Below are positions 13,612-28,140 of a stretch of 64,000 nt of DNA, one piece after another. Source of the DNA: Bigelowiella natans CCMP2755. Taxonomy: Eukaryota; Protista; Cercozoa. Location: NCBI GenBank assembly GCA_000320545.1, contig ADNK01002688.1:1-64000 (forward strand), written 5' to 3'. Both the position numbers and the translations under genes were made by a program. Position 1 is the stretch's first letter. Each line of letters begins with the position of its first letter. The notes beneath the pieces are model-generated. The model did not search any database and had not been told where the DNA came from. It saw only the letters and a program-made list of their open reading frames with translations.

Positions 13612-15939
13612 AAAATATTTGCCAAACGCACTACTACCTAGGGTATGTTGCGACTATTAGGGAGTACTCAAACTTGTAAATATAATTGAGTGGAAAACGT
13701 CAACTACAATAGAAGTTTCGCCATGAAAAATCCATTTTGTAGTTTTCCCAAGGCCGAATGCAAACAGAACAATATACTCACATTATTCTCGTATTCTCAC
13801 ATTTAGGATGCGAATATAGAAATCGATGCAGGGGACGGGGACGATGTAGGTGATGGCGCAGATGAAGGTGGAGGCAACATGGATGATGATGATGGTGCAG
13901 GGGGGGATATAGACAGGAATGAGGATGCAAAGGTAGAAAATCAAGAGCTTAATGATGACGGCCAAGATGACGATGGCAATGCAGAGGAAGAAAATGATGA
14001 AGATGAAAAAAAACAAGAGTACCTGAACAACACAAAGATAGAAAACCATGAGCAAGATGCCGCTCAGGATGGCGACAATAAAGAGGAAGAAAATGATAAA
14101 GATGAAGAAAGACAAGAGAACCTCAACAACAAAGATGTTCTCGTCGGTGCTGCAGCTGCTATAGTTGGCACAGATTTTGCCAGAGAACGTGCAGAGAAAA
14201 GAGCGGTGAGGACGGCACCACAACCAAAAAGAAAACAAGTACAATACACTTCGATCCTGCCAGGCCAGCTAGTCTTTGAAAGTAGCGGTGCAAACTGCGA
14301 CGACACTTCCCTTGTCAATGTTACCCAGAAGCGATTGTTAAGACCACCGTCAAAAAATAGGGAGATTACGCTCTCAAGGACAAAGAGACTACGTAGACGG
14401 AGATCATCAAACATGCTTCCTCCTGAACATGCAGCATCAGTCTATCACTTGAAGGGTATCAACGATGATGACGACGGGGATAATGGTTTGGACAACAAGG
14501 GGTGCTTTGCCAGAGAACATGATCCATATGTAGTAAACACGCATAAGTGGAGGGTATATGACAATATTGCTGCTGCTGCTCTAGTAGTTTTCGTTCTTGG
14601 ATGCACCTTTCTGGTTATCGTTTTGTCGTACAGCTTGAGGGAAAGATATGGTGACTGGCACGGAGCGACAGCTACTTCTTTACTATTTGATATTTTGTTA
14701 CGTTTTGGTTCTATAACGTTCATGAACAGCATTCTAACGATGCCATTTTTATGCTTTGGAGCTGGTGTGCACAGTAAAAATGAACTTCACAGCCGCCGTG
14801 ATCGGAAAGCAGTGACAACTATTGTATTTAATTCTGGGAATGATATCGGTTTCATGTATGAGAGATTACGTGTCGCAGATATAACCCAGGGATGCCAAGC
14901 AGCAGCGGCAGGGGTCAAAGAAGGGTGGAGAATTTGTTCGGTCAACGAGTGCCTTGTCCACTCCGACATCGAGTGCAGTAAACTTTTACATTTAGCCCAT
15001 CGTACGACTGCATCATTTCCTATCAGTTTCAAAACGGTGGAAGAAGTCCCATCATCGAATGTAAAGATGGTTTACAAATCAGACTCGCTTCATAGTACCA
15101 ACCTTTCATGCACACCAATATCCATGAAATCGAGAGAGACCTCCGAGAGGACGATGGGAACTCATGACAGCAAGGTTGTCGGGATCATATCTACGATTAC
15201 AGCTCGAAATATGAAGGAAAACGATTCTCTCCTATCTAAAGATAAGTCACTCACCAAATCGGAATCAATACTAAATATAAATATCCCCCGTGAAATGGAT
15301 ACGACTACAGTCAAAACTACTGAGGAGAATGATTCTGCCTTGTCGATGACTAATGCACATCCAAACACTGGTTTAATGTCAAGCGGTCTTATTAATGTTA
15401 ACCGAAAAGTGGATATTGACGAGGGGGAGAAAAGTGGGAACGAATCTGTTTCCACGACCTTCTCGGATTTGGAGAGGAGGGACATGGAAGGCAAAATCCA
15501 CGATGGTGATTCGTCCGACGATTCTGAAAAAACAACCTTCTCAGAATTAGAGCGAAGGGATATGCAAGGAAACGAAGTAGAAAGATGTCAAGTGAAAGCT
15601 GCAGTGAATTACGGAGAATCTGCGATGGGGAAAGACGGGGATAGATTCTGTGAGACTCCGAGCAGACGATTTGATCATTTAGCTGCAAATAATAGCGGAA
15701 TGAAAGGCTTTAAGGATAAAAAATCCTCTGGAGCAAGTCACAGTGAGATTGTACATCGGAACCATGAGGGTCGCCAACTAGGGCGGAAGAAGGACAAGGT
15801 ATCCGTCAGATCTCTAAGGCAGCCTCCTAAGAAAAATCAGAGAAAGAAGGCAAAGAAGAAGGTTTATAAAGAGATGCCATCAGTATTTCAAAGATTGAGC
15901 AGCGTAGTGAGCTCCAGTAAACGACTACAAAAGCCATAG
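6856..15939 (+). CDS. Polycystin-1/PKDREJ-like multi-pass membrane protein: signal peptide, galectin-like domain, TxSP mucin-like repeats, REJ region, GPS site, ~6 TM segments, PDZ-like domain
   Basis: Signal peptide MERALALLLSIITFAGA. T/S/P repeats at 8040-8410. REJ-like segments (IDATASMGAYGRQFTFEWSY; LNASESRDEGGKESLRFAWSV; NLPPAMGSCNVEPARGLSMKTEFRLSCNGWVDDDMPL). GPS motif CFFFNTSLGSWSTSG...VKCNLFHLTTFAV. PKD1-type motif HPWISICFRH...SRKRLLTL...MATNALL. Spliced from ORFs 6856, 7638, 8527, 8968, 9711, 10474, 11107, 11716, 13181 and 13879. Confidence 0.85.
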
Positions 15940-16959
15940 AATAAAAGGCAAAGTAGAAAATTTAAGAAATGAGTTATTAGTTCATGATACAGTAATAACC
16001 CATACAACAGAAGCGAAGTTTGAAAATCGGATCTATGTTACGTTTCTCTCTGATAGTAAATAAACACAGTATAATTGTTGAAATAATGGTGATGACGGAT
16101 GTTGCTCCTGCATATACAGCAGCTGCTGCATAAAGAGCTCGCATATTTTTGCTTTGCTATTACGAATGCTCAACCAAAAGAAAAATATGACCATGTATAA
16201 GCATCCTTAAATGCAGCGCTTTACCAGGTTGAACATTACCTTCATTACTATCAACCATAGCGATCGATGCGAAGTCCGTGCAAATTAGGCTTTTTTATTA
16301 GTCGTGAGAACATGAACGCACACTGAAAGTTCACGTTGCGACGTTGGTTACTTTGCTTTTGTGCACAGCATGATTATCTGTGTAGCTTATAGCCATCCGC
16401 TTTATGTCTGTAAGGTGTAGCTAAACCTTACAAAGTTTTAAGAACCATTTATTGGGTGTATACATAGTCTAAAGCAGCGAAAAAGGTGCCCGCAGCTGTA
16501 AGCAGCAATCAAAGTACATTATCTGCATTGCTATGTTGCATCCTATATTACCAGGAATGACTTTACTTTCAGAAGCACATTATATATGCATCGCGAATGC
16601 ATTAATTATGTGCACATATTATTATATGCGTTATTCAGGGGGAAATAAGGCCATCTGTGGGTTATGTATTGCATGGTATGAATAATGCAGCTTTGTTAGC
16701 AGCACATATAGGTTCTAGCACGCGCATGTCTACATCAAGATGCGTTATTACACACACACGCATTTAGCTTTCTTTTTGAAAAGCAAAAATTCCTTTTAAT
16801 TGCTCGACGATAAGGTTCCCATCCCTATGACATGAAAGCAATTTATATGATCAATGATGCAATTTAAAAGCTTAGTAGAGTCGATCCACATTGTGGCATG
16901 TTTGGACGTGTTCGCATAGTTACTGTCCATTGCACTCGATATTGTGCATGTGTTTACTA

Positions 16960-19300
16960 GAAAGTATTAGCACAAGAGAGCTACTGCCTTCATTCCATAA
17001 TGAACTAGTATCATTGTTTCAACTATCACCCTAACAGAATATTACTTATAGTGCATGTATCTACCCACTCCTGATGATTACGTCATAGGCCGCTACATAG
17101 TCCTCCTCTTTCGCCCTGATGTGCATGTGTGTGTGTGGGGGGGGGGAGGGGGGGGAAGGGGGACCGTTGTTATGAATGTGTGGGTTTGCTACCAAGCTTT
17201 AACCCCATCGTAGAAACCAAACTTTAAACTCTCTCCGGGCAATTGATCAGCAATGGAAGCGTCTCTGTTAATAAATATAACAGTTGGGACTATCGTCTCA
17301 TGAATATAGAAGAGAAACTAACAAATTCAACGTTGGTTATACTTTCGCTTAGGTCATTGTTTACCTCGGTGAATCACCAATGACAATGTATCTATTTCTT
17401 CCTTCATCCTATTAATCACACCAAAAGATGTAAATCGTAAGACGTCATTAGAGGCCGTAATGCCAATAAACTTCCCTGAAAAGCGAATTCATGCAAAGAA
17501 AATGGGGATGTTACATGATGGACTCTCTGCACTGTAGACAGTTCAAAGCCGCCCATGTTATCACTTGACCTTATGTTTCATGAAGTAGTTTGTGTGTCGC
17601 GAGAATGTCAAACGTTTGTTCCTTGATGTCACCTATGTGCGATGTTAAAGGTGAGTGAAGAAAATGAGCGGGGAACAACCAAAACAAGCCCATAAGTTTT
17701 TCCTATCCTTCTCTCGTTTAATGTTGACTTCTTATACCGTACTAAATTTGTTCCGCTTGTGCCGGTTACATGGCAAGTTGATTCGAAGATGAAGGATGGA
17801 AATTAAAGCATTAATTAGCACAATGGGGTATTTTTCTGTAGAATATGCAATGTGATAAGTGACCTGTGGGTTCCTGAAACTAGCTATAACACCTTCTTCA
17901 TTAAACGACATCTCGTTGGAACTGACGACTGTATTTGCTTTGAGTAGAGGTAATCAGAGGGGATAGAGGACGAATCAGAATAGACCATAGCATAAGCAAA
18001 CCATGGCATAAAATCAACCAGGATGATGATAACACAAACGATAACCTCGTTTTCTCTGCTCTCTGCTATTTAAACTCACCTCTTCAAAGCATATCATTCT
18101 ATGAACCTCGTGCAACAATACAAGCATACTTTCGAGCTCCATCTCCTCTAACATATTACCATGATGAACACCCCAAACATCTAAGAAACGGATAATAAGG
18201 TCCTTTAATCCCGCCGAAACGATAAGTACTGGGACAGATAGAGACGCCAGCATATCCAGAAGCTCTACACAAGTAGCAAGGAGGGGTTCGAATATGTTCC
18301 GTGTAATTGCAAAATAAATACTCATCAATGGCGTTTATTTACCTTTCATTCCTGGACGCAAGCGCACTGTGTTGCCGTCAATGCTTGTCTTTATCATGGC
18401 ATTTATCTGCTCTGTCGTCAGCTTGTACTGTACTATTCTAGTTATCATAATGTGTATGTTATGAGACACGATAACCTCCCTCCCATCCCCAATGAAATCT
18501 ATTGCATGTTTACAGATAACAAAGACTACAAACTAGTCTCTACGTAGGCACAGAAGGCAGTAACATTATTCATTCAGAGAAGCATTCAATATTGACAGCT
18601 CTTCATGATCAAATTACAGGTCGTGCGCCATGTTCCACCTGAGGGATACATCAATTGGACCATCAAAGAATGGTAGGACTACTGCGCAAAAGCATCGAGT
18701 GGGTACCATCTAGTCCCAACGATATTGGGATTGTCAAGAAGAACCGAAAATTTCTTTCTGAACCTGAAGTCGACAAATTAGGTACTATTTCATATTTAGC
18801 ATTGTAACAAGCGTACTGACATCAGTTTTAATATATCGCCAACCTCATCATCATCATCATGATCATCATCATCTGCACTATCATTTTTCACTTACTCCTC
18901 TGGCATATGCTTTGACTCTCCAACAAGATGGTGACATTCCTGATAATAAGGAGGCAGAAATGAAAATTAGGTCGCATTTTCCCTCATACATGATGATATA
19001 TAGAGTTACAGAACCTAGAACCTGGCTATCTTTGGAGGATATCGTTCGATCAAAATCAATAATTACAACCACATTAGATTGGTTGAGGCGCTTTAGCTTA
19101 GAGTAAGCTTCTGCATGGATAATCGGTGACGTTATTATCGGCGGCCGTCGTTGTTTCAGCTCCTTCTCTCTGTTTGAGACGTGCCCTTGGAACGTTCTCG
19201 AGAATAATCGAATTACCGCAAATGCAATAGTAGAAGCAGCTGCTGCCTTGCGCAGAAAGCCTCCTCCTCCTGTGATTAGAGTCTCTGACGCCATCTGCAT
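16960..19300 (-). CDS. NT5C3: Pyrimidine 5'-nucleotidase (cN-III/UMPH-1, HAD family)
   Basis: HAD motif I VVVIIDFDRTIS. Motif II region VPVLIVSAGLKDLI. Spliced C-terminal exons YIVIGDSP|RDASIADQLPGESLKFGFYD and EDYVAAYDVII match the cN-III GDSxxD...GFL/Y...YDIV pattern. Hydrophobic N-terminus. Start is 19294 or 19300; the stop position is approximate. Confidence 0.85.
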
Positions 19301-19352
19301 TTGAAGACGGGGGGATAGTTCGTTGAACAAGCCTCGAATCAGAGGAGCACCG

Positions 19353-19520
19353 ACAGGCAGCGGTTATTATTACCGTTATCGATATGACCTGTGTTTCATT
19401 TGAGCGACAAAGGAAAATCCATACGACAGCTAGTTTAAACAGGCAGCAGTTATTATTACCGTCATCGAGATGGCCTGTGTTTCACTTGAGCGACAAAGGA
19501 AAGTCCAAAGACTAACTTTA
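19353..19520. repeat. Diverged tandem duplication, period 86 bp
   Basis: acaggcagc(g/a)gttattattaccgt(t/c)atcga(t/g)atg(a/g)cctgtgtttca(t/c)ttgagcgacaaaggaaa(a/g)tcca occurs at 19353 and 19439. Confidence 0.9.
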
Positions 19521-19529
19521 TCTTACAAA

Positions 19530-19930
19530 GCTCACAGGCGCACGCTTCGCAATGCAATGAATTTTGCTTGCAGCAATTGGCTTGCAGGCGCTGCTGCGTG
19601 CAAATGCATGTCTATGTCTCCATGTTTCCCATGTGATTCTTGCGCACATTGTTTTGCATCAATGCTCAGTTCAATGTTCAATGTTCGATCAAGGCCGCAA
19701 TGACTAGATGAGTCGGGCACGCACGTTGCACTCTGCTAGCTAGCTGGCATGCACCATTCTGGCATTGTTCCGCACCGTTGTCACGTGATCGTCGTGGTGA
19801 CAGAGTGCTGTGAACAACACATGATGCTGGCACGTGTTTCGCACAGCCACGTCTTGCAGATGTGAACGCACATGCAGCCACCACGCGCAGCACCATCGAT
19901 CACATCGCAGTCGTGTCAAGTGGCATGTGT
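19530..19930. other. TpA-depleted intergenic island (CTAG spared)
   Basis: Manual count: 4 TpA in ~400 bp, 3 of them in CTAG. Rich in TGCA, CACG and CATG. Confidence 0.85.
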
Positions 19931-20382
19931 TTGTTAATCGCCACGCCGCAGTCTAAGTGTCAAACATGCAAATGAAAACAAATGCGCCATGCGAGGGGTG
20001 GATTCCATTCACCACGTCATCATTGTGTAAATTCATGCGACAACAGCAGATTCCATAAATCGTGCACCCTCAATGCTAGATAGAAGAACAAAACAATTAC
20101 AAGGGACACAATGAATAGGTGGCAAAACGAAGATACCGCGGCTGTTGTTGTGATTCTAAATGCACTACACTGTGTGGTGCAAGCTAGGCTAATAGAGCTA
20201 TTAATTAAAATTACGACTGCTCGTGGTTAGAAAATCATCAAGGTGCCATTTTCATCCGCGAGGTCTAATTTATAAATCAGCACAATTTAATGATCAATAT
20301 TTGACCCCCAAAACTTAGTCGCATCTGCTTGATGAGCACTCATGCACACACAAAAATAGATGTATAGTTCCAGTTGCTCTTT

Positions 20383-21307
20383 CTATGCAAGTAGTAGTAC
20401 CGAGCTCCTCCCGCTCGAGCTTTGCTTCCTTAAATACATGCAGAACAATACAATAAATGATTGTTTTTCAAATATGGAAGCACGTAACCCGTTGTACGAA
20501 TAAGTTACACACACGAATTTAGTGGATTTTGAATGTATTTATGTTTATCTAATGCATGATTAAGTCCTCTCTCCTGCTCTGCCTTCTAGTGTTGCTACTG
20601 TACCTGACACCATCCTGTAGGTTGGCGTGGCACAACGGGCAATTCACAAATCTGGAAATAACCAAATAATATTAAATCAGTATCTACAAAGATCTGATGA
20701 TGACGACCAAGTTTACATAGAATTACTGCACAAAGTAATCGGATATTGGAGAAAGTGGAGTGGAGACGTATAAATAGAATGCAAGCAAAAGAAAAACAGG
20801 AGACAAGTTTCTTAATTACCTGCGGACAAGGCGCTCATAGATGTTGAAATGACATCTATAATTGTGAAAACACACAGTTCGGACCTCAATGTGGATAATT
20901 AAAATACGAAAATTGGTATTTTCAATTAAAGAAGAAATACGCAAGTATCTATCTACTGTGATTAAACGTGCTGCTGCTTCTTCTTCAAAAATATGACGGT
21001 TTTGAAGTAGGCCAAACCTTCCACATGTGAAGTGGTTTTGCGTGAATATTGCACGTCCTGAGACTATACATACCTAAACAAATGATGATAATGATGATGA
21101 TGATGATGATGATAAAAATACAGTAAGTAGAAGGCAAACAAATATTTTTCTCTTTTCCATTTCGAATGAACTTCTAATGAAAAAACGGCAGCTAGATGGT
21201 ATACTGTTGTTGTCGTTTATTCTACACAGCTTTCCGTCATCTTATTTTCTCTTCTTCTTCCTCCTCCTCTTCTTTGTTCCTCCTCCTCCTCCTTCTCCTC
21301 CTCCTTA

Positions 21308-21340
<33 letters not shown>

Positions 21341-21576
21341 CGAATTATTACGCACAGGAATGGATGCGTTGCAATGGGGACACTGCTGATCCCAAGGATT
21401 GCAAGGGCTGGCGCAGATAGGACACCTGACGATCATTCATTCATTCATTCTTTAGTATGATGACGATAGACACAAACTAACATATAATAGAGGTGAAAAT
21501 CATCATAATTTCTCCATTTGTTTCTTATTCTCTTCTTTTTTTACTTACAATATAATATTGTTGACTGGCTTAGTAG

Positions 21577-21619
<43 letters not shown>

Positions 21620-21920
21620 GTGTGTGTTTGTTGCTTACGCTGTATCCCTTGTAGGCGGGTCTTTTGGTGGATTTTTAACGAATATCGACATAGCTGCAAA
21701 ACGACGTTGGATTATGAAAAATACCATTATTACCTACCTACAGCGCCTAACCAGGTACTCATCACATCTAAAAATGATCGATTGATATGTGTATCTATCA
21801 GTACCAAGATCCTTATACTTTTCCCTGTCTTCCTCAGTGAATGAATCCAACGACTCTAAACGGATAAATGCTCGAGAGCATTGCCCAAAGAACCTAGAGC
21901 AGTACCACCATCCCAATGAA

Positions 21921-21957
<37 letters not shown>

Positions 21958-22457
21958 ATGCATATGTCAAATACGCATATTATTATTATTATTGAATATT
22001 ATGGTCTAGTAACTGTGGAATCATCATCCTCGGCTACTACTCACCGATTTGAGAATGATGCAAGGGCTATGAGAGAGTAAATATCTTTAGGATCCAAAAC
22101 GTCCTTAAATGTAGAAGAAGAAGAAGAAACAAAGTTTATACAGAAGAAAGCGAAGAAGAAGAAGAAGAGAAGAAGAAGAAGAAGATGAAGAGATGTTGAA
22201 AATGAAAAGGAATATTGCAGAAGGAAAACATTTATTATTCATAATTGATGGTCAGGCTTTGACACGAAGAATAATAAAAATGTTGGTGTTAGGCTAGGAA
22301 TAACACCTCGTAACGAACGAGTTGAAGAGCTGTGTGCATTGCATTTGAGTGTTGGCCTGGTATTGGGAATAATAAGTGAGGGATTGAGTTTAACGAATGG
22401 ACAAATATCCCTAAGATTTGAGGAAATAATCTGTGCAAAGGTTACACTTGAAGACAC

Positions 22458-22499
<42 letters not shown>

Positions 22500-22755
22500 C
22501 TTGGTAAACTCGAAATAAGTTGTATGAATTTGTCACTAATAAATGATTTGCAAGCATTAGCCATGTAATAGGTATTATTATTATTATTATTATTGTTGTT
22601 GTCATTAGTAGCAGTAGCAGTAGGTTTTTACTACCTGTGTAGAGCTGTCGTTGGGCCAAAAGGTATCTGGAAGAAATAATAATAACAACAAGAAGAACAA
22701 ATAGAAAAACATAGTTTTGTCAAACCAATTATGATGTCAAAAGACATATATTGAT

Positions 22756-22796
<41 letters not shown>

Positions 22797-23452
22797 TTAT
22801 ATATATATGTCACATCGAGTCATTCCATACAATTACTGTGGAAAAGAATACATATTGGAAGCAAACCACAAACGTGTCAACGTTCACTGCGCGTCCATGA
22901 CATTCCCATTATTATTATTATTATTATCATCATGATTGTTATTATTGTTAAGATGACAACAACTAACTGCTGAAAGTAACTTACAAATGTAATCCTAGAG
23001 CTCCGTGCCAAGGATCTTCGAGGTTCGAATCGCTTCCTATTTGATCATCATCATCGAGGTCATTCAATACGCAAAGCGTGTGTTAAGTCCTTTCATGTCT
23101 TGAAGTAGGAGTAAGTATATGTGATAATAATAAACTCTCCAACATAGTCGTGGAGAGAGAAAGATAGAGTACTATTACCAATGTCCCTGTCCGCTTCCAT
23201 AAGTGATTGTAATGTCATTGCTGCCGTCTATTGAGTACAATATCATCGTTTAACACATTATCATCACCAATAAAACTCAAGAGTTGATTTGAATACATCA
23301 TCAAGCTACATCATGCAGTAGTTGTTGCACGCTTTCCTCGTTGGTCTAATTTAAGATGATGCTGGCACTAATCCCTATCAACTCTGCTACTGTCAATTGT
23401 CCTCTGTTTTTTATCGTTATTTATCGTTGTTTCGTAGTAGTAATAGTAGTAA

Positions 23453-23484
<32 letters not shown>

Positions 23485-23872
23485 CCTGACGACTATCTTT
23501 GCCAACAGTGTTTTTTGAGTTGAACTTACGTTCCTGCAGCAGTTAATTACTCATCCATTCATCCATCCATCATTACGATGTGTGTTGTGTTGTTGTCGTT
23601 TCTTCGTCGTCAAAATTATTATTATTCTTTCATACCTTATACTTCTCAACATCCAGTGCTGCCAACACGTATAGTTGTTTTGCCCTCAAATAATGAACCT
23701 AAACAAAGCAGGTAGATATATGGAGAATGATCAGGATGATGATGATGATGATTCATCAATCGAATACGGACAAGATTGTAGTATCATCCCTATTATTGTT
23801 ATTATTATTATCATTATTATTATTATTATCATTATTATCATGATTGTTAACACAATGATGATGACTATGGTG

Positions 23873-23904
<32 letters not shown>

Positions 23905-24495
23905 GCTACTACTACTACAAACGACCTTATTCTTGAGAGCTTGCTTTCCGAGACCAGCCAATAATCGAGCACTTTCGGTGAATTTTCCAGCCTGAAATGG
24001 GCAAAGAAGTAAGTGTGCAGAAGGAAGAAGAAGAAGAAGAAGAAGAAGAAGAAGAGGCAAGAGGATATATTGATTGATTCGTCGCTATTATTTGACAGAG
24101 ACTGGTAGTGAGGGGAGCCTAACAACAAACTATGGAATCATTGCACCCATCCTACTACCCCTCCTCCTCCTCCTCCTCCTCCTCCTCCTACTACTACTAC
24201 TACTACTGCCACTACTTTTGTGCTTGTATATTATCTTATGTTCTGATATGCTACGAACCCCTCTTACTAATGCTGCTACTATTACTTATAACAATGAGGA
24301 AACACACGGTTACTAGCTACAAATTTACACACATCACTACTACAAATCTACCTTCTGGTAAAGCTCTATGGCTTCAAAGATCTGGTGAAAAGACAGAAAA
24401 AGAGAACAACAAGCTTCACTTAGCTAAAGTTGTTACATAATGACGACTACTGCCTACTAAAGTGCAATGCACACACACACACACACACACACACA

Positions 24496-24534
<39 letters not shown>

Positions 24535-24570
24535 AGAGAAACTACCAGCATTAACTTCCGTATTGATATG

Positions 24571-24605
<35 letters not shown>

Positions 24606-26357
24606 AATAAACAGCACTTGATTCTTCTGGAGCAGATGAGTCGCATACTTGCTTAACAGCCCCTGATATATCACAAACAATATTGTTGGTTTGGTTGCTG
24701 CCATTGCTGCTATTATTATTGCCGTTATTATTTATAGGAAAAACCATATACTAGAATATGAAAAACAACCTGGATCTGCACGAACTTATGCTCCTCCGCC
24801 AACTTGACGCCCAAATCCCACTATTATCACGAAGAAGATGACGATGATGATTCTTATTATTATTAGTGATGGACTAGAATAGAGCACTAATAGCTGATGA
24901 TTATAAAAGAAGTAGCCAGTAGCAGCAACAATACCTGGTTAAGGAGTACACAGCAATCTATAGCAGCTTTTGGATCTCCTAGCCTGCAAGTTGTGATTGA
25001 GTGAGGGAGAGAGGTGTATGACATCTACCATGGAATATTAATGTATTTGAAAGAATGCAAAATAACATAAACCAGGATATTAGTACATCTCCTGCTAATC
25101 CATCATCACTACTATTAGGTATTATTTTCACTGCTGTTTGATCGCCTCCTATGTGCGTGCAATGGTGAATGTGCTAAGACCGTGTGTATGCAGTGACGGC
25201 TTCTGTACAGAGTCTGGTGATGATGAATGATAATAAGAGCAAGCAACAACACCAAAGGAGTAGATAGATCATGGAACGTGATGAGCGAATAATGGCACGG
25301 TTCTTAATAGACTTAGTATTATGATAACGAAAGAAATCGAGTAGCGACAACAACAGCAGCAACGACAAACAACAACGCTATAAGTAAATATTCTTTGCTC
25401 CTTTCTCCTGATTACCCGACGCCTTGGAACTTTTCTCCTAGTTTCTTCAACCAAGGTGTTCCTGTGAGCATCATCATCATCATCATCATCATCAACAACA
25501 ACAACAACAAACATAACACTTTCTTTTCAACCGATCATACGTAAGATAGAGCTGCATAGATAGATTATACTACCTTCAGGAACGACCGAAAGCAATTCTT
25601 TCAGGGTCTTGTAATCGTCAACAACATACGCGCACTCTGCAACCTGAGGATAGATGAAATACATGTTGTTTACGATTGTAACATGTATCATCAATTTTGA
25701 TGGCTTATATTGACATCAGTATTGCAATAATAGTGCAATAATGATTGTCACCTTCTCGAAGTTCTTTGCTCTCATGAAATAACGCTTTGCCTGTCAAGAG
25801 GAGGTTGGGAGGGGGTTGATTTAGTGGTGCGTCTTCTTCTTTATCTCTTTTTTTTCTTTTGTCAAATATCACCAAGTATTTATTCACCTAGTGGCTAGCT
25901 AGCAGCACGCATATTTCATTGTAATCAGCATATGTACTAGTAGAGTAGTAGTAGTAGTAGTACCTTATCCCATTTTTGCCTGTCGGCATAATAATCCCCT
26001 GAGTGGTCGATTAGAGGAAGGACAAGCAGAAGAAGAAAAAGAGGAAGAAGATAAATAGGCATGAGTAAACATTGAACACGAGGCCTTCTTCTTCTGCCTC
26101 TGCATACATACTTCTCTCCCTAATTACTTGTCTTGTATTCTATATATATTCTTCACTACTGTTTAGATTGTTTTGCCCTCCTTCTTCTCCTCTTCTCACT
26201 GTTGTTACTATTACTACCGATATTGTTCCAGGCTTTTGTAATCATAGCGTCGTTGTCCCACGCCTTTGTCATCTCATTAACTAGTTGGGTGGGAGAGAGA
26301 AAGAGTTAGCAAAAATAAATGATGATGGACTAATGTGCTGCTACTTGTTTCGTTGCC

Positions 26358-26397
<40 letters not shown>

Positions 26398-27267
26398 AAC
26401 ACATTTACCAGAGCCGTGGTTGACTAGCTGAACCACCCTGAACCAGTCTCCAAGTCGCATGCCTTTAATATATTATTGCCAAAAACAATAACAAACAACC
26501 AAATGAGGGAGAACAAGAAGATAACTTCTATATCAACAAACAGAAAGTACAAATGAATTGAAGAAGAGTGTAGAATCAAGTCGTTCTTCTAGAAACTTAA
26601 TCAGACGTAGATATACTACATACGCAATGCTATTGCGAGTTCTTTCTTGTCCATCTCAACGTACAGTCTCTCCGCCTGAGCAGGATCAAAAAGAAAGGAA
26701 GAAGAGAGAGAACAGTGATGATGAGATAAAGGGGGGTAAAGGTGGAATAGAGGCAGCAGCAAAAAATAGGAGCGGGATTCTTAATAGCAAAGAAACACTT
26801 GACTCTACTACAACTCACATGTTAATTATTACTAGTAGTTGTACCTCTGCAAAGCGATGGAAATATGCTTCCACCTCCGCTTTCTGCTGCTTCTTGTTAG
26901 TCATCATTTTGAGTCGTTTTACAAATTGAATGCCTTGGTAGTCTCTACACCTGCAGTGGTGGTAGTGGTGGTTGTGGTGATGCTGCTTGTGCCATTGGCG
27001 CTTATTTGCGTTTTTCAGGAAAGAAGTGCAGCATGTGTTTACGATGCGAGGGCAAATAACAATTAGGATATCAAAAAGCAAATAAATGACACAACTACGT
27101 GAAGCAACTGCAACTATTATTAGCTAATTCTTCATATCACACACACACACACACACATGTATGCATTCACGCATGCGTACACCATACCGGACAAATGCTT
27201 TATCAGCGACTGAGAAGTTGAGTTTTTCCAAGGCACACTGAGCATTGGAATTCATACACAGACACAG

Positions 27268-27337
<70 letters not shown>

Positions 27338-27721
27338 GCACGCAAAATTGCATGCAAATGTGATGAAGATTGCACACAAATCTCTATCATTGTGTGATTT
27401 ATGGATAATGATGTTATTATCAATGTCTGTCTTACTTAGAGAGTTGTCGAGCATTGAGGTGTAATAAAAATGATGATCAAGGTAGTAAGAGTGTAGCATT
27501 ATTATTATTATTAGTGCTGCTATTAGTTAGTAATACCTCAGCTAAGAGTTTCCACAATCTAGGATGGGGATTGTCTTCAATGAAGGAATATGCCTCGGAC
27601 ATCGGTGTGGATGCAAGTAGTTCTGTCGTATCTCGTAATGATTTCGTCTCGAAGTTTATCTGGGAAGATATATTTTGTGAGTGTGGGTGTGAGTGTGTGT
27701 GGTGTGATTATAACAAGCCAT

Positions 27722-27755
<34 letters not shown>

Positions 27756-28103
27756 GAGTTGAGTAGGTCTCTCTCTCTTTTTAAATTATTGATCTTATCT
27801 GAATTTCTCACACGCCTACTCTCTAATTGCCCAAATCTACGACTACTACGTGTGAATTATTACCACACAGTCATCGGGATAGTCCAGCAAGTAAGTCTGC
27901 ATAGGTAGTAGTTTTACGTGCTCGGTCAGTCATAATGTCTTCGTTGATTTTAAACATCATTATCCAACTCAAACAGCACCTCTGGCTCATTCATGATATC
28001 GTCAAGCTGTACAGCCGTAATGCACAGGTCCTTGAATTCACACAGATAACTACTACTAGCCACCGGTTCTTCGGGATGGTTCTGTGTTATTATTATCCAG
28101 ATC

Positions 28104-28140
<37 letters not shown>

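Noticed and set aside
6856-15939. Adhesion GPCR call based on the GPS site
   Set aside because: There is no compact 7TM bundle after the GPS. The REJ region and the post-TM1 motif are polycystin-type.
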